Below are positions 37,349 to 48,086 of a DNA stretch of 48,086 nt, piece after piece. Position numbers and translations under genes: made by a program. Position 1 is the stretch's first letter. Each line of letters begins with the position of its first letter. Below the pieces are notes generated by a model. That model was given only the letters and a program-made list of their open reading frames with translations, did not search any database and was not told the DNA's origin. The stretch is from Ionaspis alba (Eukaryota), in contig CAXUUL010000042.1 in NCBI GenBank assembly GCA_964255285.1, positions 1 through 48,086 of the forward strand. The letters are read 5' to 3'.

Positions 37349-38456
37349 CCTAGCAGAACTAGCTGAGGAATGGTCTTGAAGTGTGGGTTGGACTGGAAGG
37401 GTAGCAGATATTCGCTTCTGTGGAGTCCCGATTGTGGGCGATCTGACTCCTTCAAAATGTAGAGGAAATGCTCCCTACGATAGCATAGACCTGATAAGAC
37501 CAATAAGGAGAAGAGGATGACCAAGGACAGGCGTATTACCTTATGAACACCAGTCAGTCGGCGGAGTCATATCCGGCGTGGGCAATGTATCATGTACCTT
37601 CAATTCATCTTCTTTCCCCAAAAGGCAGGTTTCACTGTGTGCACAGTGGAAGTCACAAGGTGGGTAGCTGATCTTGACTGATATGCTGAAGAGACCCTGT
37701 TGACAGATAGACGTGATAGGTAGTCAAGTACTGTTGTGACAAATTACGGCCAGTCGTTGCAAAAAGTTGTGGATAGACTGTATGGTTGTGGAATGGTGGG
37801 GGGCTGTAAGCAGGAAGTGAGGAGGAGAACGGAAAGTGGAAGGGGAAGAAGTGTGACACGCTTCACGCCATCGGTGTGGTCACGTACCTGCTCTACTCCC
37901 TTTAATTGCGGGCTCCGGCAATCGAATCATTTCAAGGCGGATGCTCAGCAGAGATCAAGCTCGGTCCAGGGGAATACCCGTGCCTGTGTCTCGCTAGACC
38001 GGATCGTCAGGCCCTATCGTTCACCCACCGTTATGCAGAACCGCACCCATGCGTAGATATGCGCTTCCTAGTATGTATAGACTACTCATTCAACGCCCAT
38101 ATCGATAACACGCCTTCAGTATACTTAGTCAAGAATTTACCTCCATAAATGGAAAAGTGCCATATCAAACTCGAGTCTTGCTCTCCATCAACACCGAGAT
38201 CCTCCTCAACCCGTACATGTGGTGACGCCATGATGGGCTGGTTACTCTACCCACCGCAGTTGCCACTTTCTCTTTGTCACTCGAATCCACCATAGGGGAC
38301 GTTCTCCCTGTCATCGCTCAAGGATTACAATCTTCCTTCCCCTTCAGAGTCCTTTCAGACTCGATTTCTCAGGTCTCTCCAATACGGAGACTCTTCTCCA
38401 GGACTGTGCAGTGATCCAACGTTGAGGCTGGCCAGTCTCGGCCATTCCAATCCACC

Positions 38457-41400
38457 ATGTCGACCTTCAATGGTATCGTGGAGGGTATGTCCAAGACCTC
38501 CCTTATCGTGCCATATAAAGGAACTCATAAAACTACAGAATTTCCTGATATACGAAGTAATGCTACTATGAACGGGCACTCTCTTCTTTCACTGAACGCG
38601 AATAGTTGATTACTTTCGTCACATCGCAGGAGTGGCTCCTCCGCTTGCATGCTTTCTCTCACACGTCCACAGCGATCATTTGTTAGGTCTTGACAGCCTG
38701 AGATCTCCCTTCGTCTGGTGCTCGTCAGGCACAAAAGAGGTAGAGTCTGCTCAGTAATCACCTCTTCAATGATCTAAGACTTTCATTCAGCTCCTACTCC
38801 GCCTGGAGAAGTACCCACACCGCCTGAATTTCGCCAAAGGAATTCTAGAATCAAGGAAAATTCATTATCGACATTTGAAAAGGCTTTTGGTGAGGAGTTC
38901 CCTTCCTGGGTAAGAAGACCCAAGCTAATCTCCGAAACAGAAAGCCCTGCCTCTGAACACACCTACAGAGATAGAGCTCGTACCAGGTCGTACGATCCGG
39001 GTAACACTGCTTGATGTAGGTTTCTCGCTGGACCCGCTTTCTCCTCAAGAACTGACGTATCGTAGGCGAATCATTGCCTCGGAGCAGTAATGTTTCTTAT
39101 TGACAACGGCGAGAAGGCTGTTCTCTACACTGGTGATGTCCGATGTACTGTCATCGCCTTAGCTGCCCAGGCTCTGGCTGATTTAAATCAGCCGAACCGT
39201 GGTGGGTGAATGCGCTGGTACGGAATCCTATCGTATTGCCATACACAATCGGTTTACGCGAACTTGACAAGATATATCTCGACACAACCTTTGCGACAAA
39301 GCGCGAGCCTTATAGGACCTTTCCGACTAAAGCCGAAGGACTACAGGAACTTCTCCTAAATGTCACTAAATACCCAAAAGAGACAGTGTTCTACTTCGAC
39401 GCATGGACTTTTGGCTACGAGGAGGTTTATCTCGCACTGGCATCCGTGCTCAGATCACAGGTACATCTGATTCGTATAGAGTGAATCATGCACATAATTC
39501 TTGCTTAGTCTTGGTCTAGATTCATGTAGACTCGTACAAGTTAAATCTTTACAAGGCTGTTGCCAAAGCATCTGAAGAAGGGTTTTATGCGCAGGACGGC
39601 GCGGCACTAAGTGGTTTCAAATATGGGAATGTGTACCAGTCTGGGTGCCTTACTACCGACATATCTGTACGACTACACAGTTGTGAACGTGGTACAAATT
39701 GCGAAGGTCTCAAGTCCTCCTCTGTCGTCTGGATCACACCTATCATTACTAGGACCGCAAGGGGCGTAGATGTTCGGGAGCTGGGAGCTGGAGGTGGAGG
39801 CAATGACTTCGAGCAAGTCCGAGAGATTGAAGTGCTTGAAACCTCGATCGCCTTCCAGCTCGCAAAACTGTGCTCGCGAAAGATTGTAGATGTGGAAGCA
39901 CGAGAGAAGGCATTGGCGCTCATATCGAATTCCGTGACCTCTGGGAGACAAGTTCTACCGCTGGATGGTCTTTGGAATGCCGATGAACTCGAGGACATGC
40001 CTCTCGAGACCTTCGCTACACTCCTAGGCAACCACATGGAAGAGTGCACAACCCCTGAAACAGTGGACAAAGTCAAAGATGCGCAGAGTGGCATGGGGTT
40101 GGCTGGAGGCCTCCCCACCAAGATTGTAAGTTGCCATGCTCCGTCTCTATATCTCCTGACGACTTCTTTCAGAACTTTCCTTATTCCCGCCATGCATCGT
40201 ACGAGGAGCTTCGACACCTTGTCGGCGTCTTCAAGCCGAAGGACCTTTACCCATGCACTGTTGACAAAGAGTCGTGGACTTCAGAAGTCAGCATGAGGTC
40301 ACTTTTCGGTGACCTCTGTTCTCGTCAATTATTCAAGCACGACAATGAGATGGAGGCTTGCCTGGCAGCGCAAGGGGTAGACTTTGGGAAAAAGAGATCA
40401 CTCAATGATACTCAACATAATAGTCAAGAAACTGAAAACTCCACGGAGGAGTTCGCCACAGCTCACGGCTGCACAGAGGGCATTAGCAATAGGCATCACC
40501 AGAGGTTCAGTCGATCAGAGCTCGAATCCCGTCATTCACGTAAGAAAGCGCGAAGGTTTCACCAGCCACAAGCTGCCCTTGCGAGTGACGCTTCTGAAAC
40601 TGTACTACGCACACGTGATGCCTCAACAGACACCTCTATGGACCAACGAGTGTATGCCATCAAGGTGCCCTTTGAGGCTAGCATCGGACAGCGGGTGGGA
40701 TTCTCCTCGTCACAAATACAGGAAGTGGTTGACAATCCACGTCATGTTGAACGGAGTCGACAATCTCCAAAGTTAAGAGAGAGCAGGGACGCAGCGACAG
40801 ATTATGCGCTACAAGACATGCTGCCGCGTTTCTCGATGCCGACAATTTCTCATACGAGACCCAAAGATATCAAAGTTGCAGAACCTCTGAATGTCAAGCA
40901 GCAGCCAGGATATACTTCTGAACGACCCATGGAGCTCTCTGGAAAATTCAGTACTTCTTTGAGTGACGACGAGGGCGTTCTTGATATCTTACCGGAGACT
41001 ATCTACGATAAAGAATTTCGTCGACAAGTTGAAGTCTTATCGGATGACTTAAGATGCTCTTTGATCATGGCTCGAACCATAATCAATGCGAAAGGGTTCC
41101 AGCCATCACGGAGATTCTTGGCTTGGGGGGCTGAGAATGCAGATCGTCGAACGAAGCATGACCCTGTTATCGATGTGACGGTGGAATGGGGCAGTACTAT
41201 GGCAAGGAACATTCAGGCATTAAGAGATCTGCTGCCGACCGCATGGGAGGAGTCATGTCACGAGGTCCTGTTAGAAAGTAAAGGCAACTTTCGCAAGGCT
41301 CGAGATCGATTAGCTCTTTCTGAAGAAGCACGGCTTGCCAATGACAGGGACTGTCTGTCGGAAGCCGAGGCAATCGCAAACGTTGCAGAAAAGAAAGACT

Positions 41401-41597
41401 CTCAAATCTCGCTGTCGGATTCAGCATTTGCTTCTCAGCATTCTCAAGGAAGTGAGGACGACGAGGCATCTCGAGCCAATATCCGAAACCGAAAGGAGGC
41501 GTATAAGGCAGCTCGGCACAAGGATGGATGGGAGTGGCATAGTTACAGTTCAATACCATCAAGTAGTGTGAAGGTCGAGGAAGAGAAGGAGCTCTAA
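38457..41597 (+). CDS. Artemis/SNM1-family metallo-beta-lactamase/beta-CASP DNA repair nuclease (DCLRE1C-like)
   Basis: Spliced N-terminus MSTFNGIVE|EFPDIR|IDYFR...CFLSHVHSDHLLGL (HxHxDH), ANHCLGAVMFLI, LYTGDVR, IYLDTTF, WTFGYEEV, RLHSCE, FPYSRHASYEEL. Many short introns and a long low-complexity C-terminal tail. Confidence 0.92.
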
Positions 41598-42541
41598 TTG
41601 CCCATTCTGGGACGGTTAGCTTGGCATTTGCATCGTCTTGTGGTATAGTACTCGAATATAACCATTTGCTGATCTATTCAGATCACTTAGCAGCATATAT
41701 ACATTGGCGTTGCCTGGGGCCTCATGGACATAGCCTCATAGCTTTACCTGGTCTCCGTGGCTTGAAAGCGTAGAGACGTTCCTTCTGGCCATGTCAAGGA
41801 CACTATGAGCTCACATAATCACTCTTTACCGTACAGATTTCCGCTGCTAAGCGACCTCCTGGTCAATAGGTAAGATGATCAGGTACTATCACACTATTGT
41901 GATCACTGTAGTAGTCACTAGCCTAGAGGCGCAGGCTTGATGGTGCTGCTGTATCATTTCCCACTTCTTACCACTCCCCCACAGCAATGCAAGCATGAAT
42001 ATGTTCCGGTGATGGGGACCTCATCCGCCCTAACTTCCGGGGTCAGGAAACACCTTGCAAACGCAGTTGTCACAGAAAGTCATACCTCTGCGAGATAAAC
42101 GTTCACATGTGGCTGCTCCTCCATCTGACCACCCTACCGTTTAGTTCTAACATCGTCTGAACGACCTTTCGAGCACTCTGACTTTCTGGACAGGCTTTAT
42201 CGTCTGTGGCATAGCTATCGGAGACCAGCCCATGCTGGAGATATCCAGCCTTGCGTTGTATTTGATCAAATTTCTTTCCACATCAAGGCACAGTACGAAG
42301 TGCAAATCCTCCTCGAAAGAGCCTCCATGGCCTGGCCTTCATTTGCTGGCTTCTTGTCTCACATCCCTTGGCTCTGGTTGTACAATTGCTGGAATGAGTT
42401 GTTGGCAACTAGGTTTCTGGCTTGTTTCGTGACTACCTAGATTAGTCTCACGAATTTCTCTGCTCTGGCCCGATCTGGGTTCGTCCTAGACGGTAAGCGA
42501 CGCCGCTCTATCCTGAGCTTGGGGTAAACCGAGGGGTTAGC

Positions 42542-42644
42542 CTCACTAAACGCTCACTGAACAACTCCCTAAACTACGGCGATGAAACCTGATCGATTCC
42601 CCGGCTAAAATTGCTTATAAAATTTTATGTTGGTTTCACTAAAC
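42542..42644 (+). repeat. Short imperfect direct repeats, consensus CTCACTRAAC
   Basis: ctcactaaac at 42542, ctcactgaac at 42553, ctccctaaac at 42565 and ttcactaaac at 42635. Confidence 0.55.
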
Positions 42645-42889
42645 CCGATCATCCATAGGGATATTATACGTTGTTTGGAAGTGCTGCCCACATCTTTTAA
42701 AATCTCCAATTCAACATCTTTTCAACACCTGCGCATCGTAGGATAACTAAAATGAGTACGGAGGCGTGGACGCCTAACTGCCCTGAAACCTCCGTTACCT
42801 GTAGTAATATGTAGAATGTATGCTTCATGGAGGGTACCCTAGGTCCTTAACTATAAGAGGTACATAGGCCCCCAACCCCCCTAAAAAAT

Positions 42890-42994
42890 ACCCCAAACGG
42901 ACAGGCTCCACAGGGCCTGGGCCACCCGGAAGATCAGCCATACGGGTATACTCTTTAGGGTTTGGCCCCCCTAACCTTCAGTACCGTTTGGGGT
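42890..42994. repeat. Perfect 11-bp inverted repeat with 83-bp spacer
   Basis: accccaaacgg (42890-42900) and ccgtttggggt (42984-42994). Confidence 0.6.
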
Positions 42995-43189
42995 TGCTGT
43001 TAGCGTTATCGCCATTAACATCATTTTTATCACCTTTTTTTCGAGCTCTGTACGCTTTCGTATAGTTATATTCGTCTTTTTGACGCTTAGATGAGTACGA
43101 ATCGATCATGTTGAGAATCACGTTGGACGCTCTTGAGGGATTTGAGAAATACGTCATCGACAGCCGGCAGTCCAGTCTTCACTACAGCT

Positions 43190-44295
43190 TCAATTTGCTC
43201 GATGAATACCCTGAAGCTGACACACATCCAGTGTATGACAGATTGTGAAACCTTGCAGCAGAGCAGTCACGTGTGTGTACATTGCGCATAAGATAGCGAC
43301 GTGGAAGATCTGGTGTGAGCTTCCCCAAATATCAAATTTACCCGGTGCCAAACGCTCCGGAATTCGGAACTGCAGATGTTCGTCAGAATTCTTGTCTCTC
43401 AGGGAATGGAAAAAGCGGTGAGCGTGCAGACATACCGCATACAGGCTGACTCCGGTGCCATAGAAAGTAAGCTCGAGCAGGTACCATGTCATTCCCGAGT
43501 ATCGGATCATGTATTCGAGCCCGTATCGCTGAACTCCATGCAGCAGGGGTATGAACGACGAAGCGCCAAAAACAACGAAGGCGCCCACCTTCACTTTCCG
43601 CCAGCGCGGCGTTCTGAGCGAGGGATTCGAGATTATAACACCGGTGACAGTGCCCGTGGTTAAGATCTAGAATTCAGATCAGCGTATCATTGGATTTGAC
43701 CCGGCTGCCGGGAGGGCGGGGTGAGTGGTGACGGTCGCTCGGAGTGACTAACAATAGCCCAGTGCAATTTTTGCAAGCTCGCTTCACAGAAGAACACATA
43801 GTAGATGCCAGAAGAGAATGTGCCCACTGTCACAATGACAATACCAAGCAGATCCATTCCATGCCAGAACTGTTCTACGTGATGCGAGTGGGGTTGCATC
43901 AGGTGGTAAAGTGTGCTTAAAACCAAACAGATTTCCGCACACCAGAAGTAGATTCCAAACATAGCATAGTCCATGGACGAGACATTGAGAAATTGAGGCT
44001 CAGCCAGGTACCGCAGGAAGGCAGTTGCGACGAGTGGTAGGAGGAGAGCCCCGAGCAGATGAGTGTACACATTGCAAGTCTCGTTGTGCAAAAAGGTCAG
44101 GCTGGTAAAGATCTCCAGATAGTCTGCTTTCTCTGGTCGATAGCCACTGAGGATATACTTGTCGTCGAGCTGCCATTCAGAAATCTCCTGCCACGTTACG
44201 GTTCGCGCTTTAGCCTTTGACTGGTTTGTGGGGTCGTTCGTGGTACTCATAACGACTTTCGGCACTTGCCGTTTTTTGAGTTCTGCTCCTGACAT
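43190..44295 (-). CDS. PAQR/hemolysin-III family 7-TM protein (IZH/mPR-like)
   Basis: YILSGYR, HNETCNVYTH (ExxNxxxH), STLYH (SxxxH), RIPERLAPGKFDIWGSSHQIFH (HxxxH). Two introns (43752-43667 and ~43435-43370); reading frame intact. Confidence 0.93.
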
Positions 44296-44751
44296 GATCC
44301 TTCTCCCGAGATATCTGAGCTGCGCTGACGATGAAGCACAGGAGGAGTAGATGATGGAGATAAGGCGAAGGATACCCAAGGGCTGAATTGCTGAAGGAAG
44401 GGCAGAGAGATGGGAATTCAATTAGGAGTATGGTTCCTTGCTTGAAAAGACAAGGATACTTCGATGGCGGAAAGCTCCCACGATGCAACAGAGACAGCGA
44501 ATCAATTCATTAAAAAGAAAAGTAGTTGACTCACGAACTGAGAATGCTATCCAATTCCAGAGCAGTCTGACTCATGCCTACGTATGCAGATGCGATGCAA
44601 TAGCAAGGGATGCACGAGACAACAAAGAGACTGGCTTGAATCGTTTATCTAAGACAATAATAGGCGCGAGGGAAATTGGACATCAAGACCAAATTAAGAC
44701 AGAACCAGTTACCGGTGTACCTTCACCTCTTCGACAAGACACAAGACACAT

Positions 44752-45853
44752 GGCGCCACCTGAGATCCAGAGGAGTGGTATATTGGCGTCTGCCAGCCAC
44801 TCTTGATAGCTGGGGTGTTGTATGAGCCATTCGCAGGTGCCGTCAACTCTACGCCCTTTCAATGCAATGAGGTCAACTTCGGGTCTGGTCATGAGCAAAG
44901 CGTCGAGGACCGGCGCGGCCTCGGCATATGTGTTTGTTGCCAGAGGTATCGTCTTGGCAACCGTGGGAATGAACGAAAGGACGTGCCAGAGCTTGGAACT
45001 GTGCGAATCTGCATAGTCGCAGATTCCTCGGATGGCCAAGTACTGGGCAGCATCGTTCAGGCCAGCCGCCTCCGTCTCCAAACAGAGAACGCCTTGTTTA
45101 TGCGCCAACTTGTCTCGAGTCGCTCCGTGGCGCATCAAATGATGGATGGAGGCAATCAGGCCATAATGAACTATAGGGTCCTGTGTCTCCCGCGGCCGCC
45201 GGGGCCGGATCCTATCCGGGTTGCAATGATTGTATTCGTTGTCTTCGGACTCGATGGTTGTGTGATCATAATTCGGCTCAAAGAGGACGTCTTGCTCTGG
45301 GCCTGGATAGGCAAAGGTGGCGGAGTCTTTCCGCACGATCTCGGAGATGTACTGGGGCATCTGACTTTCATCGAAAATGGCGGCTGTCTCGGTCTTGCCC
45401 GTAGCTGTGAGAAGTAACGGTGTTGGCTGATCTAACACTCTGCCACGAATAAACTGATATTCCGCTCGCTCCCCGTTCACGTCGTGTTAGACGACACCCG
45501 GACAGCCAGCTATTGATTTGCTTACAACGATATCGCCAAGACGAATATCCTTTTTCGTGTCTGGCACTCCTCCCGCAATACCAACCATCAGATTGAACCG
45601 GACAGATTTGAAGCTCGCGTGCAACTGCGTGGCCACGCCCGCCACTGACGTTTTGCCGTACACGCCGAAATTCGGATACGCGAGTACAACACTATGGGCC
45701 TTGGAGACTCCTTAGAACGTAGTTATTGTTGTTGTCTAACTTCGGATCCAGAGGTAGGTTGTCATGAATGCGATCAAGCGTCGCTTTAGCCGCCGCTACC
45801 TCTATGGGTAGTGCGCAAACCCATCCGACTAAGTAGTCATCATGAGATGCCAT
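44752..45853 (-). pseudogene. Purine/uridine phosphorylase (Pfs, PNP_UDP_1)-NACHT NLR-like pseudogene
   Basis: MASHDDYLVGWVCALPIEVAAA..., LMVGIAGGVP, DIRLGDIVVS, VHYGLIAS, ETEAAGL, IRGICDYADSH, then RVDGTCEWLIQHPSYQEW...LLWISGGA. Lesions: +1 frameshift near 45696-45700, in-frame TAA at 45489-45487, and truncation at the NACHT Walker A. Confidence 0.9.
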
Positions 45854-46985
45854 CCCCAGGCAGAGCGCAGATCCACAACGAGAGACTTATAGAATGTTAG
45901 TGCTGACGCGTCGTCTTACTTCGTAGCTGCCTGGACTGTCTGTCTATGTAAGGGACGAGGTCGACCTTCCGGAACATTGCGCGGATTGGTATGGGTGAGC
46001 AAAGCAAAGCAATAATCAATCAAACAAGGAGCGCAGCAGCGGACACGCGGGGGGCAGACGGGCCTTTTGATTAGCTTCAGCCTTAGACCTCCTGCCGAAA
46101 GCTACGGATGCAGGTCCCCACATGCATGATGGAACCCCTACCAGCGTCTAATTTGAATTTCTTATAAATAACAACTCATACAGTATCGCCATTTTACCCG
46201 CCCCCTGGAAAATATCACTCCCTTACAGCGCCGCCACACATGCAGTAACAAATGCTTAAATCATGTGAAGCCAGCTTTGCCCATTAGGGAGGTTCTGCAG
46301 CGTCGCTTAGTTTAAAATAAGGGAAGCCTCAATTAGGTTAGCTGAATAAGAAACGGCGCTAAGACTATTTAGTCACTATATCAAAATGTCGTAGAATCCC
46401 CCACTATAGGAGCATTGATCCTAGATTGTATCCCTCATGATCTTCTGTCTCGTTAGAGAATGAAGCCTCATCTCACTCAATAGACTCCATAAGTTCTGAA
46501 TCAGATCATTGAGCTAATTCATCATTTCAACCTGCTATTCCATACTGTGTAAGCAAGGCAGCCTTGGAAGTATGGGGTTTTCTTTGCGGTTGGAAGCACT
46601 GTCTTACACTGTGTGGACGACCATTTGTACTACAGGCAAAAAGTGAACAACAGAATATTGCGATGTTGACTGCGTGCCATCACTCTGTGGCTGATGATGT
46701 CGGATACGCTTACAAGGCCCAATGACACGTTTGGTAGACATGCATTAAGTGAAGCTGGGATTGTCTCAACTTCTTCCTAAACCAATCGTTGGAAGCGAAT
46801 CACATCTTCGCCAAGCCTGCCAGGACCTGGTCACCATGCCGGATGCGGGGACCTATTTTTAGGTCCTATTGGAAGAGGAAGGGCGCAAAAAGGGTGCCCC
46901 AGGATCCAAAACCGATCCCATCGTTTAAAGTTGACAGATGAATGGAAGCGAAAAGAAAAAGCAATTGTAAAACTCCCCGAGCGCT

Positions 46986-47070
46986 CACTGAGTGCTCCAC
47001 TGAGTGTTCAGGGAGCCAAAATGAGCCAAAGTGAGCCAAGGTGAGCGGAAAGGTAAGCGGAGGAGGGAGC
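46986..47070 (+). repeat. Tandem arrays: 12-bp CACTGAGTGYTC x2, then 10-bp-period GAGCCAARRT x3 decaying into GAGCGG/AAGCGG
   Basis: cactgagtgctc (46986) and cactgagtgttc (46998); gagccaaaat (47013), gagccaaagt (47023), gagccaaggt (47033), gagcggaa (47043). Confidence 0.75.
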
Positions 47071-47679
47071 AAAGCGACGGAAGAGCCGTACCGGAAATCC
47101 CCGTGCGACTACCCAAATAATTCCCAAGCTTCTTGTTGTGTATCTACCCAGCTGTAAAGTTGATAACATGCAAGAGCAACATTTATATCTCAACGCCATC
47201 CTCCGTATCTCCATACTACTTAAACGCAATGCTTCAGCAATCAACGATGGAAATGACTGCAAGCCTATAAGCATCCAAGAGATGTCTTTCTCATCATCGT
47301 CATCGCTGGCAACGGTTGTGCGTTCGCCTCCTATGCCAGAAACGGTCAACCGGACGAGATCACCAGGATTGGAATTACGGGGTTAGTCGTCGGTGCAAAC
47401 GCTCTAGCCGAGTGAGATCTGTCGCGCGGGAGATTATCCATCTAGGAAATGGAACTATCAAGACTATCTCGAATTACTACAGCAGCGGAAACTTGGTCCT
47501 TGTATCCCCTTCACAGTCTCGAACGCGTAAAGTTCATTGAACAGAGATTAGGTACTGGATGTGATCTATGAACAAATCTAGCTGTAAATAGGCGTTGGTA
47601 TCAGTCCTCTCATTTTTACACACGACCCCAATCGAAGCGCCACGTTACTGGCAGCCTAGTCTATCGAGTGCTCCGCTAC

Positions 47680-48086
47680 CTAGAACTTGAAAACCTGCTC
47701 CTTGCTGTACCCAAGCTCTTTCAAAAATCCAGAAAGCTCTCCTTGGTCCTGGGGGCTATTCTTAGTTCCGCTAATCGCCTAGATGAACCATTTAGCTTTT
47801 GACTCTTAGACACGATAGATCGGAGATACCCACTTTATACAAGGGAGGAGGTCCGCAAACGAAAAGTTTGATGCCCTCAACCTTCGGCTCGGGCAAAACT
47901 GTCTTCAGAATTTCCTTCGTAATCCGTCCCTTCCCCTGTGTCCAGCCATCCGGCGGGTTATCCAAGACATAGAACGCCCTGAAGCGCTGTGGATACGTGT
48001 TCTCCATGTCTTCAAACTCTTTCTTCAATAAAATATCCTGCTCGGAGACGTTGGCGAAGACCAGCGTGACTTTCGTCTTGTCCTCC
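47680..48086 (-). CDS. MCR1: NADH-cytochrome b5 reductase 2 (mitochondrial), 3' part; runs off the window end
   Basis: [35 protein letters not shown]...[45 protein letters not shown]. Confidence 0.92.

Noticed and set aside
37350..37597. Possible abutting introns or stwintron in the leader of the 36446-37348 gene (GTACAT...CTGAC...AAG immediately followed by GTAATA)
   Set aside because: The second intron has no canonical branch site and the arrangement does not fit known stwintron classes; unsupported without transcripts.
42534..42976. Telomere-like words (GGGTTAG, TTTAGGG, CCCTAACC)
   Set aside because: Isolated single units, not a tandem TTAGGG array.
5451..45417. Many long antisense or overlapping ORFs in the track (e.g. 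5451-6050, 20630-21118, 31217-31711, 39585-40217, 44803-45417)
   Set aside because: They are shadows of real coding sequences on the opposite strand and carry no independent motifs.
46986..47070. Short repeats as a CRISPR-like array
   Set aside because: Units are 10-12 bp, contiguous and without spacers; the context is eukaryotic and there are no cas genes.

Overview
Intron-containing DNA of a filamentous ascomycete (Pezizomycotina-type genes, mostly short GT-AG introns with CTRAY branch sites; I cannot assign the species from sequence alone). There are three 100-N scaffold gaps. From 1 to ~41.6 kb the window is a compact run of mostly housekeeping genes: a single-TM hypothetical protein with an in-frame TAA, a stand-alone SRA/YDG protein, an atypical Ser/Thr kinase, mitochondrial Lys-tRNA synthetase, STB2/6-like, TIM10, RMD5/GID2, PP4R2/PSY4, a UPF0658-like membrane protein, NPR2, a TM RING-H2 ligase, NGG1/ADA3, urease, an HMG-box protein, FRG1, a 2OG-Fe(II) oxygenase, a hypothetical protein and an Artemis/SNM1 nuclease. 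From ~41.6 to 47.6 kb is an accessory-looking interval with an intact PAQR gene, a decayed PNP/UDP(Pfs)-NACHT NLR-like pseudogene, and short repeat arrays that face each other in inverted orientation. The window ends in the 3' part of MCR1. I found no convincing tRNA, rRNA, CRISPR array or intact transposase, and I cannot demonstrate a new biological system. The best leads are the accessory interval, a structured long intron in the HMG gene, the orphan SRA reader and a CUE-like motif on Artemis. Product calls are from manual motif recognition and exon boundaries were inferred by eye; no searches were run.
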